Assembly: GCA_964023285.1 (NCBI GenBank)
Contig: CAXIEN010000093.1
Location: 2,567,739-2,631,738 of the forward strand
DNA: 64,000 nucleotides
Reading direction: 5' to 3'
Origin: Larinioides sclopetarius
Taxonomy: Eukaryota
The translations under genes and the position numbers were made by a program. Positions 52,036 to 64,000 of the stretch are shown here, piece after piece; the first letter of the stretch is position 1; each line of letters begins with the position of its first letter. The notes under the pieces were generated by a model. The model was given only the letters and a program-made list of their open reading frames with translations. It ran no database searches and was not told the origin of the DNA.

Positions 52036-54129
52036 ATAACCTAACTTAACTTAGTTTTTGTGGTACTGCTAACGAATCTGAGGTTTTCCATCAAAATGTT
52101 TTGTTGGAATTTTAGTTATAGCCAAAAAGCATGAAAAAACTTTTATTCTAATCTTTGCTAATAAATAAAAAGCTATCTTTGGTATATCGTCATTATATAT
52201 CAGATAATCAGGGCAGGATTTCATACAACTTGGGTCTACATAACTTTGTCAACACTGCTTGTTTCTAAGCTGACGAGCTATCACTGTTATGTTAATGCAA
52301 TATACCCCTTCGAGGACGTATCGAGAGTTAAAGGATGAGAGGCCGCCGTCTAAGTATGTGGGTTCTCTCCAACCCGATGGCACAATAATGGTGTTGATGC
52401 TTTTAGGACTCACTCCAAAAAAGGACACACATACCCTGGTAAAACGGGGTGTTGTTGCATCGGACTGTTGTAAACGGGACTATTTTTTAGGAAACACAGC
52501 GCCCAACAATGCCGTCCCTTTTGTTCCGATTCGGACGATAAGGCAAGGTAGGAGTATATTCTTTGTAGTTAAAACAATATAGCTAAGTATTCAAAGGTTT
52601 ACCGTTATTCTTTTTTTAGTTTGCATGGTTCTCTTTTAGCGATAAAAGACCATAAATACCTTTCAATATAGGTATTTTATTCATTAGTGAAAGAAATATT
52701 GCTGGAAACTCTGTGAAATATATTATTTCTGTTTTGATATTTAGTTTTTCCTCCTTAATGCGATTAAGGAAGATGAAAGATTTGAAATGTAAAGATTATA
52801 AAGAAATATAAGGAACTTCCAAAAAAAATTCGAGTCATACTCGATTTCTGGATTAAAAATTCTAAATGGTATCCAGGAATCGAAGGAAGCAAATACCTTC
52901 TCTTCGTTGTATTAAAATTTATAAATATACTTCTCACCTGATGAATAATTTGTTTTAATATAGGTTGCTTTTGAATTTGGATAACTTTAAAGATAAAGAG
53001 AAATATCTAGCAGAAAAGCATATTTTTCATTCAGAATTTTTGCTTTCGTCATTAAAATGGTAGCCTTAAAACATTTTACACAGGCAATTCACACTCTTGT
53101 TATCAATAAAGAAATAAAAATATAATGCTTCATTGCAACACTCCTATCGCAATAAATTCTTGAGCATTTAGTTACGAGATAACTAAATTAGAAAGCAAGT
53201 TGGAAAATATTTTTTCTAAATTGCCCGAGCTATCTTAGACACTGCATTGAGCATTATTAAATCTGGGCTGAATGCCAACAAAATGCATTTTTTAAATGTT
53301 AGAATAAAGTTGTTTTGTGTAGAAAAAAGTCCCATTTCTGAAACTTTCGTGCACTTAGAACTTAAGATATCATTTCTTCTCTTTTTAATTCAGTAATAGG
53401 TTTAAATTTTATAACATTTTTGTAGTCTATAGAAAATTTTAGAATAGTCTTGGGTTTTAGAAGAATATTAGTACAGTTTTAATGATTGTAGATTAGAAGA
53501 AAAGTGTAAATAATTAATGTAGAGAACATATTTTGTGATAAAATTATTTAATTCAGGCTATGTAAATTCAAATTTTACGACGTTTTAAGGAATTATAATT
53601 TTTGAATGGGTTTCAATAATTTCATATGCACCTATTAATTTTATTTTCAAAGCACAGATAAAGTTACTTGTTTGAAAATCTTTCTTAGAAGCACTTTTTC
53701 ATTTTATTAGTTGTAACTCATTGATCTGTGTTTACGACTTGTATTTTTGTGTTTAGTGTTTGTTTTGTTTCGTGTACTATATAATTGCAGATTATTCTGT
53801 AGTGAACATTTTCTAAGCAATTTAATATTTCTGCAATTGCTTTGATTTTCGTAATTCGATTCTGTAATTGTTAAAAAGTTTGTGCTTTCAATCTAAGATT
53901 TCCGGAAGTTAATGTTCTTCATTTCTAGAGCAAAGACACTATAAACAGTAGTGTATATAGTCGGTTGCAGCTCGCAACGGGTATCAGCTCTGAGTGGTGA
54001 CAAAAAATTGCCGTTTTTGTATTAATAGCTTTTCTGATTGATAAAATAACATGTTAAACAATTGAATGGACTTAACAACCATTTGTGAAATTCCGGGGAA
54101 GCGATGTATGGTCCGTGGGGTGAAGGGAC

Positions 54130-54920
54130 TTTTATTCTAATTTCTTTTGAACTTTGCTGGTGCTTTTCTGCAACAAATATCATCATAGCTCCAGGCCAAT
54201 GTTTGGAGTGTATTCAGGAGTTCAATCAAAGACTTGTCAACTTAATACCATAGTACTATTTCTGTCCGGTACAAAGCACTTTCTCAACTATGTGTGGATC
54301 CACTCTTTTGCAACAGTTCCATTGAGTGATTCCAATGAGATTATTTTTTTGGATCTTAGAAAGATTGTAAATATTTCAGATTCTACATACAGATGGACGA
54401 TTCTCTAGTTAACGTTGAAGTTACAATTATGCGAGTTTCAGAAACAATATGAAGTCCTTACTTAGAAGCCGTTAAATTTGTGCTTAAGTGCCTTAAGCAA
54501 ATTACCGATGCCATTCAGGGACTATGTGATTATTCGGAAGAGATTGAAGCAAGAAAAGCAGCTCAAACTCTGCTGCCTGCAATGCGTAATTTCTCTTTTT
54601 TGTGCTATTTGTGTTTATGGAATAATGTTTTGAAAGAAGTCAACCAATTTCAAAAGTATTAGCAGATTCTTGGATTAAGCTTCAAGAAGTCTGTTATCAA
54701 GATGGTAAGTCTAAAAGAAAAAGAAATAACCTTGGTGAGGAAATACAGCAATAAAAAAGCACGTGAAGAGATGGGTATTCTTGCAGAAAAAAGAACTCAC
54801 CAAGAACTACCAGGAAGAAGAAAATTATACGCAGAAAGAAGGCTACAGAGAGACGAGCCGCTTTCTTTGGACCCAGAACTGAAAAGGTCTATGTTAGAAT
54901 GCATTGGCAAGTTTCGATAA
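54130..54920 (+). pseudogene. Remnant of a hAT-superfamily transposase of the 'zinc finger MYM-type protein 1-like' (ZMYM1-like) kind: about 260 aa of a roughly 700-aa protein, with frameshift and stop
   Basis: Frame 1 (54154-54408) reads '..YHHSSRPMFGVYSGVQSKTCQLNTIVLFLSGTKHFLNYV..STYRWTIL*', which aligns to the ZMYM1-like 'GQGYDNGANM.GK.SGVQ..I...NP.A.FV.C..H.LNLV...ST.RW.IL' region. Frame 0 (54480-54917) reads 'ITDAIQGLCDYSEEIEARKAAQTLLPAMRNFSFLCYLCLWNNVLKEVNQFQKY*Q..' and then '..RRKLYAERRLQRDEPLSLDPELKRSMLECIGKFR*', which aligns to 'I..AL..I.ED..Q....R.EA.GLL..M...E..F....W..IL...N..S..LQ' and 'RKR.R...F.YE..DEP...PE..F...FF...D..I.SL..RF'. These alignments are recalled from memory of the family, not searched. 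Confidence 0.5.
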
Positions 54921-55568
54921 AAAATCGATATCCGATGCAAAGCCATGGAATGCGTATCAGGTCGGTTTGAGATCTAAGAGCCAGCAATATGATCGAGACC
55001 ATGAAAATTCAACTTATCAAGTATGTACAAACTATAGTTGAAAATTACAATGAGCTTTCTTCAGATTGTGTCTTTAAATAAATTCCACGTTAAGGAAGAT
55101 TTCTAAAAGCCACCGAAGTTCCAAAAGAAAAATCTCTTGTTTAGATATTTTCAAGGTTTTTAGAGTTTGTGTTTGGACAATGAAATTTTCGTCTTTATTC
55201 CCAATCTTAATATGGCATTAGGAATTTTTTTAATTTTATGTTTTTTTCTTGCATCATGTGATTATTTTAATTTGTTTTTCGAAACTCATATTATTTAAGA
55301 ATTTTTCATGATATGCTATCAATCAAGCACGAGTCTCAAGATTAGATATTTTGTCAATTCAAAATAGTAAAGGTGTAGGTATCGATTTTGATGACTCTAT
55401 TTCAGACTTAGCAGAACAAAGGTTAGAAAAAAAGATTTAAGTAGCATGTTAACGTATAGTTTGGATTAGATGATAGAGAACGAAATTTATAAACAATTAA
55501 ATTTTCATTAAATTATATAATAATAATAATAAAGTCATACACTAGGTATGATCAATATGAAAACAGAT

Positions 55569-55943
55569 GGTACAGCTGGGATATACGGCACCCAAGGCGT
55601 CGCGTTTGCATCTATCGCACGTTTTAAAATGCAATCCGTCATTTTGAAGATCGGAAGCTCGAACTTTCCATTTCTGGGCAATAAAAAACTAGTTGCCTAA
55701 CAGTTAATTTGAAAGCGAAGCTACGAGGGAGCTGCTATGCCGAAAGCGAAGCCGCCGATGTTTTTTTAAGTAAAAAAATTGCCCGGAACGCGTAGAACAT
55801 AATGTATACTTTAAGAACTTTTCTTCATAAGAAACTAAACGTAACCGCCATCTTGAATAACGATTACAACTCGCCAGCCGCCATGTTTGTTTACATTGAA
55901 ACGTCGCCAAATCGTCGTGGGTGCCGTATATCCCAGCTGTTCC
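55569..55943. mobile_element. hAT-like MITE, copy 2 (375 bp), same family as 44819-45258, with the 8-bp TSD 'aaacagat'
   Basis: Left 'aaacagat|GGTACAGCTGGGATATACGGCACCC..', right '..GGGTGCCGTATATCCCAGCTGTTCC|aaacagat'. The internal sequence is collinear with copy 1 ('..gaagatcggaag..tttctgggcaataaaaaa..gcgaagctacgag..gctgc..gccgaaagcgaagccgccgatg..'). Confidence 0.85.
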
Positions 55944-56203
55944 AAACAGATTTCTTACATTTTTAAATTAAACTGGCTTGTTTATAAAAAGTCATTTAAC
56001 CTTTCTGTTCATAAAAAATGTGTATAAAATAATTAACAGTGCGCCCTATTTATTTAACAAAATGAATAAATTTTTAAATTCAAAAACTAATGCATGCGTA
56101 CGCCAATGGGAATGTACTTGCTGGTTCTAAAATAAATATTATAAACTGCTAGCATTTTTTATATTACGTTTTATGAGGAAAATTGAAGTTCTTTTCACTC
56201 TCT

Positions 56204-56725
56204 ACATCAATAATATCTTTTTTCTACTCAGTCTGCAAAAAAAAAAGAGTTGGAGGAACACAATAAGGAATCGATGACTGATTCAGGCCTAAGTAGATGA
56301 TTCAACACCACTCACAAGACTGGTCAGAGGAAATATAGAAATTTTTCTAGAAGGATTTTCCTTCGATACACTTTTTTGAATTTAGGAATTTTAGCGAATA
56401 TTTACCAAAGTATTGTGTTTAGTGACCAAATTGTTAGGAACACCATTCATTCAAACTTCACATCAATAATATCTTCTTTCTACTCAGTCTGCAAAAAAAA
56501 AAGAGAGTTGGAGGAACACAATAAGGAATCGATGACTATGATTCAGGCCTAAGTAGATGATTCAACACCACTCACAAGACTGGTCAGAGGTAATATAGAA
56601 ATTTTTGTAGAGGGATTTTCCTTCGATAAGCTTTTTTGAATTTATGAATTTTAGCGAATATTTACCAAAGTATTGTGTGTTAAGTGACCAAATTGTTAGG
56701 AACACCATTCACTGAAACTTCAGCT
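56204..56725. repeat. Tandem duplication, about 258-bp unit in 2 copies
   Basis: 'catcaataatatctt..tctactcagtctgcaaaaaaaaaagag..ttggaggaacacaataaggaatcgatgact..gattcaggcctaagtagatgattcaacaccactcacaagactggtcagagg..aatatagaaatttt..' occurs twice in succession. Confidence 0.9.
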
Positions 56726-59700
56726 CGTTCCTTCAGAATATGCACTGACATAGTAAACTGGATTCCTTATTAGGCATCTTTCCCTTAGTAAGACCAGACT
56801 TTTGTTGCATGTGAGCCATTTTGGTTCTTGCTCTGGAATTAGCGCGTCGTAATGGAGTGTCACCTATATAAAAGAAACTTGTTGGGCTTCTCTCTCGTTA
56901 AAAAAACGAAGTTACTATATTATGTAGTTTTCTTGTTAATTTTTGAAATGGTTTCAATAATTTATGACTATCTTGCATAATTCGGAGAGAATGAAAACAT
57001 TAATTTATTGAAAAAATGTCTTTAAAATTTCAAGCCTGAACATATTTAATGTTAGGCAAATGTTGGCTTAAGACAAGTTCAGATTTTGTAGGCTATTGAA
57101 ATAAATTTTTAATTTTTGTTCTGTTAAATTATATGGAAAAATTAAAGAAAATAATTCTAAATCTTTAACTCTTGGAATTTTTTTAAGTGAAATTTTCCCA
57201 AGTATTTTTAATAAAAAATTATGCATAATAAGTGATCTGAATAATCCGAAATCATCTTTTTTCTCTCTCTGAAGTAATTAATTTCTTAGCATTTTTTACT
57301 TATTTTTTTACCCATTAAAAATTTATAACTCATAAACATCTGAACATATCCATTAATTTCAGAATAACTTAAATAAACGAACTGAAGAACTGCCTTCCTG
57401 TATAGAAATTGACATTTTATTTCGTACGCCATTTTTATTGAAAAGAATTCAAAACATTCAAGAATAACAAGCAAATTTCTTCAATCAATATTTACCAAAA
57501 TTCTGTAATAAAACACTATACAATAAAGGATTTGACGAATCAACAATCTTCCTTTAATCCTTCGATTACAAACGCAACAAACGATTCGTAAGCTACAATC
57601 ACTCGAACATTTCCATTTATCGTCAGAATATTCTTTCAGCATAAACACAAGCGAATTTAAACAAGTATTTGTCCGCAGCAGAATTAAACTTGTTATTTTT
57701 ATTTCATCATTGTTATATGAATGAATTAAAGAGATTGAAGAATAACTCTTTTGCTTGGCGGAATCCAAAGCAGATTCCTGGCAGCATCTGTTCCCATTGC
57801 CCGGTTCCTTGGTGTTTTAAGAATCGAGTTGGGTTCCAACTTTTCATATCCAGTTCACAGACATTCTTTCGTGAAAAGACCTTAATAGAATTATGACGGA
57901 AGAGTTTTCTGCCTGCGGAACTAATGGCCCGAAAGAAGTTTCTGCAGCGGGTTTATACGCTATGAGTCTTTCGTTGGTTACGCTGAATTGGATTCTGCAA
58001 TAATCGAAAAAAAGGCCCTTTTTGCCCTTTTTCTTCTTTCTTCATGCATCGTTCCGCTTTTCGTTTTAAATCGAAAAATATTTTACCCACTTTCCTTAAC
58101 TTACGTAGTTAGGAATAACTGAAATTTGAGAATCCTGAATCGTGACTGTTTGGGAACGGAAGATAGATCTGGAAAAGGAAAATTAGACAGGCGAATACAA
58201 TTTAATAATGTTTTCATGTGTTTGTTTTCTGATTCTTTCTTATTCTAAGGTTTTAGAACTCTATCCATTCCTTATATTCTTTGATCTTTATTTTTTGTTT
58301 TTGATGAGGAAAGCTGTGCTGCGTTAAGGAGCTTAAATGCTTTTTGAAATTGAAACATTGGTTTTAAGTAAGAAATAAATGGTTTTCAGAGTTAATTTGA
58401 GCTTTGAAGAAAGAATCTAAATTTCCCTTAGTCTTCTAAATAACCGTAGTTTATTTTTTTGGATATTTTTCTAGTGGGAAATAATAATACATTTCTTTAT
58501 TTTTTGTATTCTATATTCCCAGATGAAGCTTTCAATGAAAGAAACACGGTATACTTATTCTTTTTTGGAACAGAATTGACCCTTTCTACTCGAGACTTTT
58601 TCCACGCGAGCGAACCAGCAACTTGAGACGTTTCCTAGTATTCTCGGTGTATAATTTACGTCTCAGTTTAAAGGATTAAAAAAATAAATTAACGCATAAA
58701 ACTGTTATATTTTAACATTTTACCTATACATGTGAAACAAGATAATTTCTTAAATATTAGACCTTTTGTCACGATTGCCAAGTTCGAACTGGGCACACAC
58801 TAGGGCCCAGCCTAGATGGCACCGAAAATGCATTCTGGTTCGCGGTCACTTAATAATTTGAGATAAGAAAATCTTATCTTCATTTGTAGGGTACTTTGCA
58901 CTTCATCAGACTGTACCCTTCTTAGGAACCCACATGAAAGAAACAAACTATAAATAATCATTATTACGGATCAATTTGACGAGTCCAATCAAGTGTTGAG
59001 CGAAAATTACCTCCAGAAATGCAAATAGTTTTTTCACTTTTTTGGGGAGAAGGACCGTTATTATTTACTTTCAGTCGTATGAGTTTAAAACTAAACTTGC
59101 AAATTTTGAATAATCATGAATGCTTTACTGACCAACCGACTAACCCCACTTTATGATTTTTTAATAAGTTTAGTGTCAAAATACTTGATTGGCACTTATA
59201 ATCGTTTTTATTCTAAATAAAAAAAAAACCCACAGCTATACTGCCTACGACGTTTACTTGAAATTATAATTTAAAACATGTTTTTAAAAAGTATTTTATA
59301 TGCACCTTTTTTATCACATTTCTCTACTCTTTGTTGTATGGAGTTAATCGGATAGGCAACAGAATTCAAACAATGCGCGAATCACTTAAAAAATCATATT
59401 CCGTTAACTCATTACTATCTAAAGTCAATTACTAGAGATGCTTCTAAAACACACATCTCAAACTCTTAAGAATTCTTTATTCAGCATAAATTTCAGAAAA
59501 TATATTTTTAAGTATTTATTTCACTTGTATTCAACCAATAAAAGTAGGTATCAAGATTTTTGTTAATAGTGTAACCATTTCTTTCTCAAATCAGGATCGT
59601 AAGTAGATTTTTACAACGTCAAGAAGGGCAAGTAAGGAATAGAAATAGATAAATTTTTTCGAGTATTTATCAATTAATTCACTTGCATCAACAAATATAT

Positions 59701-60410
59701 TAATAAATAATATTGCAAGAATATTTTTTCATATAAGTTTAGATTTTTATAGATTACTTTTTTGGATTTTGTATTTAGAAAACCTTTCATATTTATGAGA
59801 ATATTGAGTATGAAATGGATATTATATTGTGCAAATATGAGAAAGTAGCCGATATTTTGATACTGTAAACAAGTAAAATTTAATTTATTTAAGGCACGTG
59901 TTTTGATTCACCAGATGAATCGCTATATACATTTTGAATATTTAAAGGGAATTCAGCAAACAAGTAATTGGATTTTAAAGAATAAATTATATTCTGTGGC
60001 TTTTCCATATTCTAAGATATACAGATGAATATTTGAATACACTAACAGTTGAAATTTTTTCCATTAAAATTGCAATTCTGAAATTGTTACTTCTCTAATA
60101 CCATAGTGTATCATTTAGGAAGACATCGTCTTATTTAAATGTCTTATTTAACGTCTTATTACATTTAAATACTTTTTAATGTACAGTACCATAGAAATGA
60201 TGTTATTATAAAAAGTAGAAAATTCTTGGTACTATTTATTTATATTTAATGTTAAAAAAACGCAATTAATAATTTAAGAAATGCACTTTAAAGAAGTAAA
60301 AAGATAGCATATCAAAATTGTGTCATCTACCTAATTGAAAAAAAATTGAAACTATGAATTTCTTTTATCACAAATAAAGCAAAAATGTATATTTTGAAAC
60401 TAAAATCCAC

Positions 60411-60525
<115 letters not shown>

Positions 60526-63500
60526 TATAATGTATGTCATAATATAATGTATTTAGCTAGTAATCTAACACAGTGTCGCTTTTAATGATTTCATGAACAT
60601 TAAATCGATTGTTCAAAACCGGATTGTACGTTTGGTCGAGACTACAAACAAGTTTATAGAAAAAATAGACGAAATGCCGAAATAAAACAGAACCTCTTAT
60701 CTCTTGGTTAATTCACTTCGGGGACTGTGAATACATTTGATGTATCATACATTATTTAATTTAGAACTGGAGTGAAGATGTATATTTAATGTATAATTGA
60801 TTCTGAAATTTCATAAAATTTGTTTCAGTACCATGAATAAAATGATATAAAATCACTTTTGAAAACACATACTTCTTAACTATCATTTTTGAAAAAGTAA
60901 AGTTTAATAATTTTTTTTAAATTTTGCCCTTTTCCATAGGTTTTTCTCTTGTATAATTAAAATGTGTGTCTCTTGATTAAAGCGCGCCATTTAAAATTAG
61001 TGCTCGAAGTGATTTGTTTTTCATTTATTTGTGAAGCTAAAACATCTCTTAAAAGTTCAGTAGGTGTCAAATTTATGTGAATATTTCAAAATTTCAAAAA
61101 GTTTTTATTGATATGAAATTTGAATTGTATTTAACTTATAAGTATGCTTGAGTTTACAAGTTATTCAGTTTTCGTAAAATTCAATAAATTTTAATTTATA
61201 AAACTTTATAATTTTTTATTGTTAACGAATAAATGCTTACATGTTTGAAAGAATATATAAGATACATGCTTTTAAAGGATTTACTAATTTCCGCTGCCCT
61301 CGGTGTTTTTCGTAAAACGATATTTTAATGCTGTTTGATATTTTTATTTTTGTTCTAAAGACTAAAAGACCAGATAAAGTTATATATATATATAAAAGCC
61401 AGAGGAAATTTATAAATTGTTATTTTTTATCGTTAAAGCATGCATGTTTAAGGTTTTGAAAGGATTTATTAATTTCTACTGCCCTCGTTATTTGAAGTTT
61501 ATCACTGTAGGTAGGTGTAAAACAATATTTTAATGATGTTTGATCCTTTCATTTATTCTTTTTTAAAGACTAAAACACCATACTAAGTGACGTCAGTTGC
61601 TGAACTGATATTAAGTATGGGTTGATTTCAACAACGCATATTTTTCTTATAGAATTTCTCATAAGCATTTATATCAATAAAAAGATACTCCTGTAGACAA
61701 TAACATTCTATTGAAGAATTTTCATTTAAAAAACGTGCTGATGTTGGATATTCAATTGATAAGAAATTCTTGTCTTATAAAGAAGCGAAGCCTTAATTAA
61801 AATCACCATAAAGGATATGAACATAGAAAAGGAATATTAATTTGATGCTGAAAATAAAAAAAAATTTCATATAAGAAGAATACAATGGAATATTTTCTAA
61901 ATAAAATATTCATGAAACTTCAAACTGACGGCATTTCTTTAGAAATTTCTTGAAACCATAAATGAAATGTGAAAAATAATAAGTTAACACCACAGTAATT
62001 TTTTTCAAACGTTTAATACATTTTAAGTCATATTAATAAGAGATATAACCTTAAACATTTGGCTCAAGTCTATATTTTGAAAACAATACTTTTCTGGGCA
62101 TTTGAATTTTTTCAAAAAATACTTTTTGTCAAATTTTAAGATTTTACACTTCCAAGCTTTCAATTTTTGTATCCTTTTGCATAATTTTGTGTTGTTATGC
62201 CCTTTAAAACAATAAGCTCTCTAATTGTTAGTTAAAAACTTCGTAAAACATATATGACGTTCAAATTCTTTGATTTGTACGGGAAAGAAGAAATTCTATG
62301 CTAATTGCTAAACCGATTGAAACTCTAATGTGAAGAATCTGTCGTTTAAACGATAGGTAATAGCATGGCAGGAACTATGTAAATAGTATCACGAGTTTAA
62401 AAATTGATTGAGAGCTGCGAAAAGGAAGTGTATAAGGTGGGCAGAATAAAATCACATGCTTTTTTTCATGTCGATACACGGCAATTATAAACAATAGTTA
62501 TTTAGCAACAATAGTAAAAGAGACAATAGTAATTTTATGAATGAATGATAAATTACTAGAGAGAAAAAAGTAAAGGAAATGACTGATATCTTCCGCTCTC
62601 GCATCGAATTTAAAAATCTTATAAATTGGCAAAAATCTACTGCTTTTGAAATTTTAAAAATTTCCTTTGTTTTTTTAACATTAGGTGCTAAGTACTGATC
62701 TTCTTAAGAGTATTAAAGTTTATTAGGTCTATAATTTCTGTTGGCACGTTCCCTCCAATGTTGAAAAAAATATGTGAAATAGCTTTAATATGCAACTTTC
62801 AGTTCCTAGCCTTCAACATTATCGCCATGCATAATTTTCTCAATGAATTACCACAGATCTATCTATATTTATCTATCTATATAAGTTATTTAGCTCTAAA
62901 AATATATCACATTTATCTTTCTTTGTTTATTTATAACACAATGCAAATATAATACCTATTTTAAAAGATTATTTATGACTTAAGAGTCAATAGCAAGAAT
63001 GCAAAAAATAACGAAACATTATCAAACGTTTAAGGAAACACTTTAGCTATTAAGGCATACTTATGTTTCTTAAATTTTTTGTACATCATATTATTCTTTC
63101 TTTTCACCAAATGATAATTGTAAGTCTGATTTATAGGAAATTTCAGATATTGTGGGAAACATAGAATTTCATAAACTTTTCATGATGCTTCTGATCATGA
63201 TCATGTTGTTTCTGATGATGATCTGCTGCCTTTTATATTTTGAGGGAATGGATGCAAATATGGAGTGAGGCTGTCGTGAATAAAGTTTTTGATAACTCGA
63301 ATTATATAGTTTAAATCACTATCTCGGGTGTTAATTTTAAAATCTGGTAATATATCTAAAACTCATCTATGTGATTTTCTTGAATAAAAAATGACAGGTG
63401 AAACAATTTTGATGAATTTCCAGAATGCCGTAGAATTAGGAGGATACAACGCTTTTATGTTTTTAAAAATTAACCGTCAATGTGAATGATGTAAATTCAA

Positions 63501-64000
63501 TTTTTTTTACCTACACTACACATAATTAAATCGCTTTTATTACTCATTTCATAAATTCATTTCAGCAAACAAAATAAAGGATTTGTATCAAAAATCGAAG
63601 TTCTTATTTCTCAAGTTGAAAATGCCTTATATATATTATTCACAGCTTCGCTACATACAAAATTATATTTATTATTTACAGCTTTACTACAGACAAAAAA
63701 CTTACTCTTTCTTTCGAAATTCATGGAACGTAAGCAAGAAAATTCTCTACTAAGATAACGATGGGGAAAATGTTTTATGCAGGAACAGCCTGAATGACTG
63801 TGTATAATTTTGGTAAGTAAACAGGTTCGTATAGAGAGGAAAAGACATATTTTAAAGATTCTAATCATATTATGATAATAAAAGCTATAATCAAATGTAT
63901 GTTATTTAAAAAAAGGAAAAAATTACAATACATCATATTATTTCTTAAAATATGAAATTAAGATCAAACCGTTTCTTATAAGAATGTTAGATGACTTATT

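Noticed and set aside
52289-52582. 97-aa plus-strand ORF as the upstream RT portion of the LINE
   Set aside because: It is on the wrong strand for the LINE. Minus-strand translations of 52100-52560 show no RT motifs, and the LINE frame collapses at about 52040, which is 5' truncation.

Overview
This window is AT-rich (roughly 30% GC), repeat-dense eukaryotic DNA, most likely from an arthropod (possibly an arachnid). It is not a prokaryotic locus: there are no operon-like ORF runs, no rRNA or tRNA genes, and no CRISPR or defence-system architecture. I cannot confidently identify any intact host protein-coding gene. The window is a mosaic of transposable-element copies and satellite or minisatellite arrays. 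It holds six copies of one tRNA-derived SINE family, in both orientations. A frameshifted Tc1-like DNA transposon with canonical TIRs and TA flanks sits at the centre of a 2.2-kb palindrome. A 5'-truncated non-LTR retrotransposon fragment carrying an RNase H domain appears to be nested inside the tail of one SINE copy. There is a decayed hAT / ZMYM1-like transposase remnant. Two hAT-like MITE copies carry 8-bp TSDs. A piggyBac-like MITE is flanked by TTAA. Two foldback elements are present, one with perfect 98-bp arms. A dispersed 0.6-0.9-kb repeat family occurs in three copies. There are several tandem arrays: a 392-bp unit in about 6.4 copies, a 250-bp unit in exactly 6 copies, and a roughly 158-bp unit in 3 copies, plus 2-3-copy duplications and GA/CT/GT microsatellites. 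Apart from the transposon remnants, the only coding candidates are speculative: one possible terminal exon and one TATA-containing GC-richer block. The most plausible 'system-level' reading is a TE graveyard or piRNA-cluster-like heterochromatic region with nested insertions.
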